This document shows positions 26,910 through 35,889 of a stretch of 51,108 nucleotides of DNA, one piece after another. Origin of the DNA: an uncultured Thermoplasmatales archaeon (lineage in GTDB: Archaea; Thermoplasmatota; E2; UBA202; JdFR-43); the NCBI GenBank assembly GCA_965563795.1, contig CBEXJS010000003.1, positions 1 to 51,108 on the forward strand, read 5' to 3'. The first letter of the stretch is position 1, and every line of letters begins with the position of its first letter. The position numbers were made by a program, and so were the translations under genes. The notes under the pieces are model-generated. The model was not told where the DNA came from and made no database searches. It saw only the letters and a program-made list of their open reading frames with translations.

Positions 26910-27599
26910 TTAATTATACTTTCTTTCAATTTTTGCTGAAATTTTTACTTTTATTGCTTCCTTGATATTAATTTTTCTCCCCATGCCAAGCTCTTTCTCC
27001 ACAAGTTTCTTTATTCTATTCATCGGAGAAAATTCATCTATTTTTCTCTTAACTATCCCTTCCAAAACCATTTCTTTAAACCTTTTTTCATACTCATCAG
27101 ATGCTGTAAATGGATGCAAAATATTTCCTATTTTCCTTATTGTTTTTCCGGCAATCTCATAAAATGCACTTTCATCTTCTGGATATTCTTCAGCAAGCAT
27201 AATTGTTCTCATCAGAACATAGCTTACTGCATTCCATGCCTCTATTATATATCTAACTGCCTCCTTTTCATCTATTTCCCCTCTCTTCAATTTTTCTTCC
27301 ATCATTTTTAGGTACTTTTTTAGGTCTTCCATCAGGCTCTGAAAATCATCTACAAGTTCCTTCAATGGGTTCTTCTTCAGAACATAAACCGCCTCGTTTC
27401 TCTTGGCTACTCTCTTTTCAACGTATTTCTTCATGAGATGGTTCAGCTTTCTGTAAAATACACCTCTACTCAATCCAAGTCCTTCCTTCTCCAGCCTTTT
27501 TCTAGCTTCTTTCCACCAGTCCATTGCTCTCATTCCAGCTGGATGTTCTGAGATAACATCGAGCATAACAACGCTTCTTCTATCCAGTCCGGTGTTCAT
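26910..27599 (-). CDS. Hypothetical protein with probable N-terminal wHTH
   Basis: LSRGVFYRKLNHLMKKYVEKR..AVYVL wHTH-like pattern followed by a helical region; start uncertain. Confidence 0.55.
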   Translation of the reverse strand: MNTGLDRRSVVMLDVISEHPAGMRAMDWWKEARKRLEKEGLGLSRGVFYRKLNHLMKKYVEKRVAKRNEAVYVLKKNPLKELVDDFQSLMEDLKKYLKMMEEKLKRGEIDEKEAVRYIIEAWNAVSYVLMRTIMLAEEYPEDESAFYEIAGKTIRKIGNILHPFTASDEYEKRFKEMVLEGIVKRKIDEFSPMNRIKKLVEKELGMGRKINIKEAIKVKISAKIERKYN

Positions 27600-27622
27600 T
27601 CGGTGTCTATAAAATGAACACC
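27591..27622. promoter_or_regulatory. Putative operator between divergent genes
   Basis: GGTGTTCATT-N12-AATGAACACC perfect inverted repeat next to CTATATAA. Confidence 0.55.
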
Positions 27623-27634
27623 TATATAACAATT

Positions 27635-27853
27635 ATGAAACTGAAGCCATGGGAAGAAATTGTAGGCTGGTTAGAAGAAATAAAAGATCTGAATGGAAAT
27701 ATAATTGCAAAGATATCTGGATATAGTGTGTTGCTTCCTAAATATATGAAAAAGAAACTGGAGAAATGCAAGGGAAAGAAGATAGGAATATTAAGGACAG
27801 ACATTAAAGGAAAGGAATATTTGTTAAGAGTAGAGAATGGAAAAAATAATTAA
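27635..27853 (+). CDS. Small basic beta-rich hypothetical protein
   Basis: MKLKPWEEIVG..KIGILRTD..YLLRV; overlaps the next gene. Confidence 0.6.
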   Translation: MKLKPWEEIVGWLEEIKDLNGNIIAKISGYSVLLPKYMKKKLEKCKGKKIGILRTDIKGKEYLLRVENGKNN

Positions 27854-28562
27854 AGGAAAATCAAAGAATACGATAAAGAACTATAAGTCAACTCTCAGAA
27901 AATTTATCAGAATCACAGGAAAGAAAATTGAAAAAGCAAGCATTGAAGATGTGAATAAATTTCTAGAAAAATTGAAGGAAGAAATGGAACCATCATCTGT
28001 TGCAAGACATGCCTATGCAATAAAATATTTTCTGAAAATGATGGGAAAATATGATGTTGCGAGTAAAATAGAAGTCGACCATATACAAAAGTTGCCACCA
28101 ACACTTACTGAAAAAGAAATTGAAAAACTGATAAAAGCCATAGAGAGTATTGATGAATACATCGTATTTACTCTAGGTTATTTCCTTGGGTTGAAAGCAT
28201 CCGAAGTAGCAGGCATAAAAATAGAGGATATTGACTTTACTGAACGTAAAATAAAGATAAGAGAAAGAGTATTACACATTCCTTCGCATGTTATTGAACC
28301 GTTGAAAAGATGGATACAGAGCAACAATTTAACTACTTATTTGTTTGAGGAAAATGGAAGAAAAGTTTCACCGGAACGTATTTCTTCAATTTTCAGAAAA
28401 TTGGCTGAAAGAGCAGGCATAAATGCTGCCTTCCATTCGCTGCGTAACACAAGAATATACGAAATGATCGACGAAAAGAATGCCGAAGAAATAATGAAAT
28501 TTGCTGGCTTTAAAAGCATTGTATCAGTGGCAAGATTTTATGTTTTGAAAGAAAAACGATAA
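27837..28562 (+). CDS. XerD-like tyrosine recombinase homologue with degenerate catalytic motifs
   Basis: S.NTI.NY SAM-like N-domain, KLP..LT..E, GLKASEV, HSLR, AGFKS, RFY. Confidence 0.8.
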   Translation: MEKIIKGKSKNTIKNYKSTLRKFIRITGKKIEKASIEDVNKFLEKLKEEMEPSSVARHAYAIKYFLKMMGKYDVASKIEVDHIQKLPPTLTEKEIEKLIKAIESIDEYIVFTLGYFLGLKASEVAGIKIEDIDFTERKIKIRERVLHIPSHVIEPLKRWIQSNNLTTYLFEENGRKVSPERISSIFRKLAERAGINAAFHSLRNTRIYEMIDEKNAEEIMKFAGFKSIVSVARFYVLKEKR

Positions 28563-28840
28563 TTAAGCTTTTCAGAACTTAATTATTGTTATTACTTAAG
28601 ATCTTGGTGACAAATTATTGTTATCTGGTTTATACTCGATATTTTATTTCTTCAGATAGTATAGTAGTAAACAGAGATTGCATTCTTATATATTCGTACG
28701 GTTAAAAAGTGCCATAAATACGAGTTATGCGATTTAAATGCATCATTAATGCATTTTAAAACAAAAAATAGTTTACCTATCTCGCCAAAAATGAAAAATA
28801 TAAGAATAACTTATTATTTAAAACTTGAAGCGGGAATAAC

Positions 28841-30079
28841 ATGATAAAAGCAGAAACTGAATTCACGTTTCATAATGTAGGAGAAGGACTATTTTATTCC
28901 GCTAATATTAAATTATCTACTTCCTCCTTTCGGTTCATTTATGATTGTGGTTCTCGGCAGATAAAACTAATTGAGTCCGCAATTATTCGCTTTCTACACG
29001 ATATCAAAAACAAAGAAATAAGTTTATTAATTTTATCTCACTTACACGAAGATCATGTAAGCGGGATAAATGAATTATTTTCTCATTTTAATATTCATGA
29101 TGTCATATTACCGTATTTTTCTCCTATTGAAAGGTTATTAATTGCTTTAAGAAGATTAAATTTGCCTAATTGGTATTATCAATTTCTATCAGACCCTGTT
29201 GATTTTCTCATTAAAAAAGGAGCTAAAAGAGTAATTATTATAGGTGGGAAAAAGGGAGGGGAAGGTGCAATACCACCATATGAAATTCCGCCTTCGACTG
29301 AAAACAAATCTCCATCAAAAATAAATATAGAGAGACTCCCAGATGATAAAAATCTCGAAAAATTGGTTAGATCTAATGAAGAAAACTGGGAAAAGTACAT
29401 GAGTTTGGGGAAATTATTGATAAAGAGTCATAATGGATTTGTGATTGCGAACGGATTATGGTTATTCAGGTTTTTTAATTATAAAGTCGGAGTACAGACA
29501 CTCCAAACTTTCGAACGATGTTTACATGGATATAGGATTGATGAAAAAGATTTAAGAGAGGTGATTAGAAACAAAAAAAGTTTGAAGAGTTTAAAGGAGT
29601 GTTATAATCAAATTGCTACGAGTTTAAATAAAGACTTTAATAACACTTCATTAGTAGTTTATCACGGCCCTGTGGGTAAAGTAAATGCTGAACATGATAT
29701 ATATTGTTTCCCACTAGGTTGTTTAAACTTTACATATCCATATTTTGATAGATTTCATGAAAATAAGTTTGGACAAATTTTCACAGGAGACATCAGTTTA
29801 AAATTTAGATATAATGAGTTAATAAATCATTTCCAAAATTATTTAAGAGAAGTTTTAATCGTCCAAGTTCCTCATCATGGCGCACGTAAAAATTGGAATG
29901 GTAACATCCTAAATGATTTTCCAAATAGTAAAGTTTGGGTAGTTTCTGCAGGCTGTAGAAATATTTATGGACATCCATCTTTACATGTAATTAGAGACAT
30001 TTTATTTATGAGAAAACGGCCCTTGTGGGTAAATGAGTTAAGTTATGTACAGATAAGGGGCTTTATAAAATGGCAGTAA
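28841..30079 (+). CDS. ComEC/Rec2-like MBL-fold metallo-hydrolase (probable nuclease), soluble
   Basis: NVGEG, YDCG, SHLHEDH, NNTS, TGD, VPHHGA, YGHP. Confidence 0.85.
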   Translation: MIKAETEFTFHNVGEGLFYSANIKLSTSSFRFIYDCGSRQIKLIESAIIRFLHDIKNKEISLLILSHLHEDHVSGINELFSHFNIHDVILPYFSPIERLLIALRRLNLPNWYYQFLSDPVDFLIKKGAKRVIIIGGKKGGEGAIPPYEIPPSTENKSPSKINIERLPDDKNLEKLVRSNEENWEKYMSLGKLLIKSHNGFVIANGLWLFRFFNYKVGVQTLQTFERCLHGYRIDEKDLREVIRNKKSLKSLKECYNQIATSLNKDFNNTSLVVYHGPVGKVNAEHDIYCFPLGCLNFTYPYFDRFHENKFGQIFTGDISLKFRYNELINHFQNYLREVLIVQVPHHGARKNWNGNILNDFPNSKVWVVSAGCRNIYGHPSLHVIRDILFMRKRPLWVNELSYVQIRGFIKWQ

Positions 30080-30278
30080 TGTTATAAGTAAACAGAAGCT
30101 TGCTCGTAGTAAAATTTTTAGTATCTTAATTTATAAAAATTTATGGTGAGTAAGTTTATAGATATTCACTTTAACTCATATTTAGAAAGTTATGTGAATA
30201 AAACTATATTTTGCGTTAGTAGAAATTCCACATGTCGCCTTGGAAAATGTCACAGTTTCAAGAGGGTAGAAGGTGAAT

Positions 30279-30962
30279 ATGGTGATACCACAGGTTAGTT
30301 GTAAAATATATAAGTCAGAGATGATGAAAATAAACTTCTTACAAGAGCGATTAGAAAATTATCGGAAGGAATATCGCGAAGAGGGAGTATCTAAACCTAT
30401 TGTCGAGAACATAGAGAATTTTTCTTTAGCGAATAATGGAGTGGAATTTGTGTTTTTATTTGATTATATAGTGTCAATACCTTATAGAGAAGAAACACAA
30501 AAAGTGTTGAAAACAGCTAAAGCAGAAGTAAAAATACTAGACCTACAGAATTATAATTTATATTTAATATATTCATCATCAAAAATTGCAGATGGTATCA
30601 GGATTCGTTTAAGTAGAGCTTTATCTAATGTAGATGATTTTATCGAGAAAATTACAATACCTACAAGTGTATTAAAAGATATAGAAAATAACGATGCCAT
30701 CGAAATAAAATATGGTTGGTGGAATGACATTGAAACGTATGCAAAAAAGGGTGCACTTAAAGGTAATCTTTCTAGAAGTAGATTTTATAGTGAGTTTGAA
30801 AATTCCGGAGAACCTACACTAATAACTTTTGAATCCAGAGGAACAGGAAGAACTATCAGAATAACATCTCAAGGGGTGATTACTTTTTATGGACAAAATA
30901 TTACAAAACAAGAAATTGAAAATTATGTAAGGCAATGGTTGATCCCGAGGTTGAGATTATGA
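30279..30962 (+). CDS. Hypothetical protein
   Basis: Open frame with a GGTGA RBS before ATG 30279; no family recognised. Confidence 0.7.
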   Translation: MVIPQVSCKIYKSEMMKINFLQERLENYRKEYREEGVSKPIVENIENFSLANNGVEFVFLFDYIVSIPYREETQKVLKTAKAEVKILDLQNYNLYLIYSSSKIADGIRIRLSRALSNVDDFIEKITIPTSVLKDIENNDAIEIKYGWWNDIETYAKKGALKGNLSRSRFYSEFENSGEPTLITFESRGTGRTIRITSQGVITFYGQNITKQEIENYVRQWLIPRLRL

Positions 30963-31660
30963 ATGAAATAAATAACCTTTTTTGGATCATTGTAAGTGCA
31001 ATAATTTCTTTTTTTGTTGGGTTATTCTTAGATGCGTTCTTACCAGATAAATGGAGGACAAAATTCCAGCTTCAGAAGAAAAAATTTTCTAAATGGAGGA
31101 AAAATCCATCATATATTGTTGGAATTTCTTCAAGGATCGATTTGAAACAAAACATAGATTTAGAAGAATTTAAAATTTCTTTAAAAAAGTTATTCTCTTC
31201 CAAAAATCCAACAATAAGAGGATCCGAAATTCTTTTTAAAAATTCCCAATCTGAGTATGATATCGATATTATATTACAGCCAGCTTACGAAGAAAGTGGG
31301 GACGAAGAACATGGTGGTGTATTACAAGTTTATAGTCTAAACATAACTACTGAGTCAAAAGTTAAGTATAGGGATTTAAGAAATCAAATAGATGATTTGA
31401 GGGCAACTCTCGATGGAATTGAAAAGATAATAATAAGAGAATTCAACGCATATCCAGCAAGAAGAACTCTATATGTTGAAATAGAATATTTGGAAGAATT
31501 TTCAGAAATTTTAGAAAATCTAAAAGCAAAACAAATTATGGGGATTGTCAAAGATACCAATGCCCAATTCACATATTACAAGAATAGACTTACAATTGAA
31601 GGTGCTATTAATTCAAAAACAATCCAATGGTTTAAGGATATAGTAGCATATGTGGGATGA
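30959..31660 (+). CDS. Hypothetical protein with N-terminal TM helix
   Basis: LFWIIVSAIISFFVGLFL; ATGA overlap with the preceding gene. Confidence 0.7.
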   Translation: MNEINNLFWIIVSAIISFFVGLFLDAFLPDKWRTKFQLQKKKFSKWRKNPSYIVGISSRIDLKQNIDLEEFKISLKKLFSSKNPTIRGSEILFKNSQSEYDIDIILQPAYEESGDEEHGGVLQVYSLNITTESKVKYRDLRNQIDDLRATLDGIEKIIIREFNAYPARRTLYVEIEYLEEFSEILENLKAKQIMGIVKDTNAQFTYYKNRLTIEGAINSKTIQWFKDIVAYVG

Positions 31661-31706
31661 TGGTATGAAACCATTGCGTCCCAGTGTGTGAGACTCGCCT
31701 TTCAGA

Positions 31707-31836
31707 TCTGCTAACAGCGGATAGGTTTGCATCTTCATTGCTTACCAAAATGTCACCGCCAAACTTATATTTTAACTAATAATTATCTATCCTTGATGAG
31801 GGCAGTAGCTTCACGTATCTGTCAGACATTATATGC
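31707..31836 (+). other. Degenerate attC-like site
   Basis: TGCTAAC-AGCGGATA ... TATCTGTCAGAC-ATTATATGC; each end complements a motif at the far side of the adjacent gene unit. Confidence 0.4.
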
Positions 31837-31860
31837 CATATTCAAGAGAGGTGAAAATAG

Positions 31861-32481
31861 ATGGAGATATTGGTAGTTCGAGATAATGACATAGATATTG
31901 ATATAAAAAAATGCACTAATATTCTAAATCAAATCTGTAAAAATGTAAAATTCAAAGGTTATAACACCCCTATTAATCTTGGTAATCCAGATACTTATGT
32001 AGATATGGAAAAAGAAACCACCATTTTAAATCAAAAACTCTCTCATAGAAAGAGAGATTATACTCTATATGTTACTTATAGGAAACACCCGGATAATTAC
32101 TTTGCCCATTCGATCAGAAACACCATGATTTGGTCATTTTGGGGATGGGAATATTATACCAATCTGCCTCTGGAAAATGGTCTATTTTATATTATAGCAG
32201 ATATCCTTGCGTTACGAATCGATAGAAGTTTTAGGCACAATGAATTAACTGGTTGTATTTACGATTTTCTATGGGAGAAAACAGGTATAGATATTGGTAT
32301 GAAAATGGCTCATATATGTGAAGGATGCCTTGAGAGGATCAAAAATAAAGTAGAAGGGTGCAAGACCTTGGAAGGTATTTTAATGGATTTGGTTGAAATA
32401 TTGAATGTATTATCCAATGCATCGAGATGGGGGAAAAGTGTTTTTGATATATATATATGGATGAGGATGCATTGGGTTTAG
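31861..32481 (+). CDS. Zincin/archaemetzincin-like domain lacking HExxH; probably the 5' part of a split gene
   Basis: H....GCIYDF...ICEGC Cys pattern; GAGGTGA RBS; ends just after (AT)6. Confidence 0.55.
   Translation: MEILVVRDNDIDIDIKKCTNILNQICKNVKFKGYNTPINLGNPDTYVDMEKETTILNQKLSHRKRDYTLYVTYRKHPDNYFAHSIRNTMIWSFWGWEYYTNLPLENGLFYIIADILALRIDRSFRHNELTGCIYDFLWEKTGIDIGMKMAHICEGCLERIKNKVEGCKTLEGILMDLVEILNVLSNASRWGKSVFDIYIWMRMHWV
32447..32458. repeat. (AT)6 microsatellite at an ORF junction
   Basis: TTTTTG-ATATATATATAT-GG; loss of one unit fuses the two ORFs in frame. Confidence 0.75.
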
Positions 32482-33299
32482 ATTGGTCTACATTTGAAGA
32501 CGAAGTTGCGCAAATTTATAGAGAACTTGGAGCGAAAGTAAAACAAAATGTTAAGTTAGCGGGTTTTCAAATTGATTTATATTTAGAAGAAGAAACCCCA
32601 TCCAAACAGAAAGTTCGTACTGCTGTTGAGTGTAAATTTTATCGTAGACAGAAAGTCGGAAATAAGATAGTTAATGACTTTTATAGAGTTATAAAAACCT
32701 TAAAGGAAAAAGGATTAGTTGATAAGGGGATCATTGTTTCGTATTCAGGGTTTTCTCAAGATGCATATTTAGTCTCTAAAGAAACTGGTATCGAATTATT
32801 ATGTTTTAACGATCTAAAACAACTGACAAAAAAAATTCCTAAGAAACACACAGAAAAAGTTGAAACTCTAATTAAACAAAGAGCGGAACTGTCAGAAAAA
32901 AAGAAAGAAAAATCTCCAGATATTTTTGTTATCATGCCGTTTTCTCCAGAATTAGACGATGTTTATCATTTAGGAATTCGAGAGGTTGCTGAATCCTTAA
33001 AGTGTTCTTGTAAGCGCGTGGACGAAATGGAATTTACGGGAGATATATTAGATGAGATTTACAACTCAATAGTTAATTCTAAAATCATTATAGCCGAGGT
33101 GAGTAGTCCCAATCCAAATGTTTATTATGAGCTCGGATATGCACATGCCTTAAGAAAACCGGTTATTCTTATTACAAAAGATATATCCGCATCACCATTC
33201 GACTTGAGGATGTATAATCACATAATATACGAAAACATAGTTGATTTACGAAAAAAACTAAAACGACGATTGGAGGTGCTACTTAGTGGCACTGTATAA
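32457..33299 (+). CDS. Mrr-like restriction endonuclease domain fused to a TIR-like/nucleoside 2-deoxyribosyltransferase domain
   Basis: FEDEVA..QIDL..VECK..GIIVS.SGFS; FVIMPF..RVDE..IIAEVS..NPNVYYELGYAHA..PFDL. Confidence 0.82.
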   Translation: MDEDALGLDWSTFEDEVAQIYRELGAKVKQNVKLAGFQIDLYLEEETPSKQKVRTAVECKFYRRQKVGNKIVNDFYRVIKTLKEKGLVDKGIIVSYSGFSQDAYLVSKETGIELLCFNDLKQLTKKIPKKHTEKVETLIKQRAELSEKKKEKSPDIFVIMPFSPELDDVYHLGIREVAESLKCSCKRVDEMEFTGDILDEIYNSIVNSKIIIAEVSSPNPNVYYELGYAHALRKPVILITKDISASPFDLRMYNHIIYENIVDLRKKLKRRLEVLLSGTV

Positions 33300-33678
33300 T
33301 TATTAGCTTTGGCTACCCAAGTCAAAATATCAAAAATATATTGGAGGTAAGAGGATGGAGGAAAGTACTTGACAGTATAATATACGGGTTTATTTTTAAG
33401 CATTTCATGATACCTTCTGAATGTTTCAGTTTGAAATAATATGAGAAAATTAAAATTTAGCAATTTTCTCATCTATATTTATTATATTTGGTAAAAGAGC
33501 AAGAGATATGATAATTATGATTTGGCAAAATATCTTATATACGTCTATCCTGCATATAACTTTTAGGGTTTGCTTTATCTTATGCGGAAGCGGGCTTAAT
33601 GTATTATCACTAACTAAACATTGCATGTCGGTCATTATTTTTATCGGAAATTATTTCAATTCTATAATTTTTGAGAAT

Positions 33679-34869
33679 ATGGATAAAATTAGTGATGAAG
33701 TACTTAGAGGAATTGCTCGGTTGATTGGAAATGTAAAGACTGGTGAGGAAATCACTCAACTCTTTCATGATGCAGGATATCCTGAAATTATACACGATGG
33801 AAGTACAAAATGGCGTTTCGTATATAAAGTGTTTCAATCCTTTAAGGAAAAGAGAAAATTCGATGACATTAAGAGGGTTATTGAAAAATTTGCTGATCCT
33901 AAACAATATATTGGGAGAGAAATTTTGCATAGCAAAGTTATAGATGAATTGAATAAGATCCTTTCCTATGATGGTTTTAAAATCGATGAAAAAAATTATA
34001 AAGTTACACCAATAACTGCACAAGAGAGCAACCAATTTATGAGAGAAAAAGAAAAGGCGATAGGTTTAATATCAGCAATCCTAGGTGCTGTTATGGGGAG
34101 AAAATCTATGGAGAAATTATTTCCAGCATTTTTTAGTAAAAGAAAGGATTTGGAATTTGCAGATAAACCTCGTAAAATAGAAGCAATACTATCTGAAGCT
34201 AAAAGTAAAGAAGAATTTAAAATTACACTCCAAGCCATAATCAATGTTCATGAAAATTATTTTACAAACAAGAAAAGGATAGAACAATTTAACGTTATTC
34301 TCGAACCGTTAGGACTTCGGTTAAATGACGATTTAACAATATATGAGTTATCATCGGATTTGGTTGCTGAATTAGAAAATATTTCTAGAGAAATTTCCGA
34401 ATCAATTCTCTCAGAAATACTACCTGCAGATATTATCGAAAAAGGGAAGAAAATGGCAGAAGCATATACTTTTCTTTACTGTATCGAAAATTCACTAAGA
34501 ATACTTATAGAAAAAAAACTTACTCAAGATTATGGGCCCGATTTTCTTAAAAGAATTAATATTCCTAGAGAGACAATCGAAAAAGTTAAAAAAAGAAAGA
34601 TAGAAGAAGAAAAGAATAAATGGATTCCTACTCGTGGTAGTAGTGATATTTTTTATATGGACTTTCGCGATTTGGGAAAAATAATACAAACAAATTGGTC
34701 TTCCTTTAAGGATGTATTTCCTGATCAGCAATGGATCCTAAGTAAAATAAACGAAATAGCACAAATTCGAAACCTAATTGCTCATAATAGTTATATAAAA
34801 GAAGATGAAAGGGGGTTATTAAAACTTTATTACAGACAGATCCTCAAACAGGTAGAAAATAAGTTGTAA
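33679..34869 (+). CDS. Swt1-like HEPN RNase domain protein with AbiJ-NTD-like N-terminus
   Basis: LYCIENSLR, YMDFRDL..II..NW..F, RNLIAH (RxxxxH); N-terminal TGEEI..LF..STKWR; start MDKIS preferred. Confidence 0.75.
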   Translation: MDKISDEVLRGIARLIGNVKTGEEITQLFHDAGYPEIIHDGSTKWRFVYKVFQSFKEKRKFDDIKRVIEKFADPKQYIGREILHSKVIDELNKILSYDGFKIDEKNYKVTPITAQESNQFMREKEKAIGLISAILGAVMGRKSMEKLFPAFFSKRKDLEFADKPRKIEAILSEAKSKEEFKITLQAIINVHENYFTNKKRIEQFNVILEPLGLRLNDDLTIYELSSDLVAELENISREISESILSEILPADIIEKGKKMAEAYTFLYCIENSLRILIEKKLTQDYGPDFLKRINIPRETIEKVKKRKIEEEKNKWIPTRGSSDIFYMDFRDLGKIIQTNWSSFKDVFPDQQWILSKINEIAQIRNLIAHNSYIKEDERGLLKLYYRQILKQVENKL

Positions 34870-34948
34870 ATTTTTTACTAACAAATCTGTATCAAAATCT
34901 TGGCACCATTATCTGCTATAAAATTTAAAAAGCCAGTTAATTTAGTAT

Positions 34949-35678
34949 ATGGAAATGCACCAAAAGAAAATCCCTACATTTTTAGATATATGTTGGGCTG
35001 TAATTATTTGGAAAATTTTGGGTTGGAATAAAGATTATGACGAACTAATGGGGGAAAAAGAATTTTTAGAAAAATTAAGAAAAAAATCTGAAAGACTGTC
35101 TATAGAAGAAATAGAAGAACATCTATTGAAATTTCTTAATAAATGGGGGTGCAGAATAACAAAGGAAAAATACGATATTGTAGCTCAAAAACTTAAAAAA
35201 TTTTTTAATGAATATAAAGATGAGTTTTTCTTCAGAGAAGAAGATGATATTTTAACGTTTGATTTTGGCAAATATAAGGAAAAACTTGCTAAAATAATAG
35301 AAAAACTCAATGCTATAGACGAAATTGGCCCAACTGCTATATCGAAGATTTTACACATTAAATCCACACCTATTTGTGATGTGGGATATGAAAATTGCAA
35401 AAGGATTAGGTTTTGAACATTCTAAAGAGGGCTATATAAAATTTTTACAAGAAATGCAAAAATATGCAAAAAACGTTGATAAAACATATAGAATGAAAAC
35501 ACAGTGCTCGGAAAAGAATATAGAAACATTTCTCAACAAAAAATTAGGGTTAAAAATAAAATATACTTTAACTAAGTTTATCGATGAATACAATTGGATA
35601 AGATATACAAAAGAAGGAAAATTGCCTACTGAATGGAATAAAGCTGAAGAACTATTGAAAGAGTTATACTGTGAGTAA
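34949..35678 (+). pseudogene. HhH-GPD-like (DNA glycosylase-fold) protein, frameshifted near 35358
   Basis: The continuous family motif IGPTAISKILH(x)LNPHLFVMWD is split between two frames. Confidence 0.65.
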
Positions 35679-35860
35679 TTATTAAATCATACTAACCCAG
35701 AAAATAAAGAAATTTTTATAAAATTTCTTTTTGTGTGCATTTCCTAATGTTTCTCTATTTTGCATGATCATATAACTATAAATCCCATCGCATCTGCAGC
35801 AGACCAATTTTATTTCTATTAAGTAAAAGTAAATGAGATTTTACCAGTAAATCTGTGTCA

Positions 35861-35881
35861 GAATCCCGGCGCCCGCATAAA
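35861..35881 (+). repeat. Distal att site (duplicated tRNA-Gly 3' end)
   Basis: GAATCCCGGCGCCCGCATAAA. Confidence 0.93.
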
Positions 35882-35889
35882 ATGTTAAA

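Larger units (their letters stand above)
13873..35881. mobile_element. tRNA-integrated element / defence island, about 22 kb
   Basis: 21-bp direct repeat of the tRNA 3' end at both ends, integrase next to the tRNA, defence-type cargo, host MITEs not seen inside. Confidence 0.93.

Noticed and set aside
27837-28562. Bona fide integron integrase IntI
   Set aside because: Too short, with no IntI-specific insertion and degenerate catalytic motifs.
33508-33678. N-terminal extension of the HEPN ORF
   Set aside because: Low-complexity translation across an intergenic, attC-like region; ATG 33679 is more plausible.
13873-35881. Provirus or conjugative element
   Set aside because: No recognisable capsid, packaging ATPase, VirB4/VirD4 or relaxase gene.
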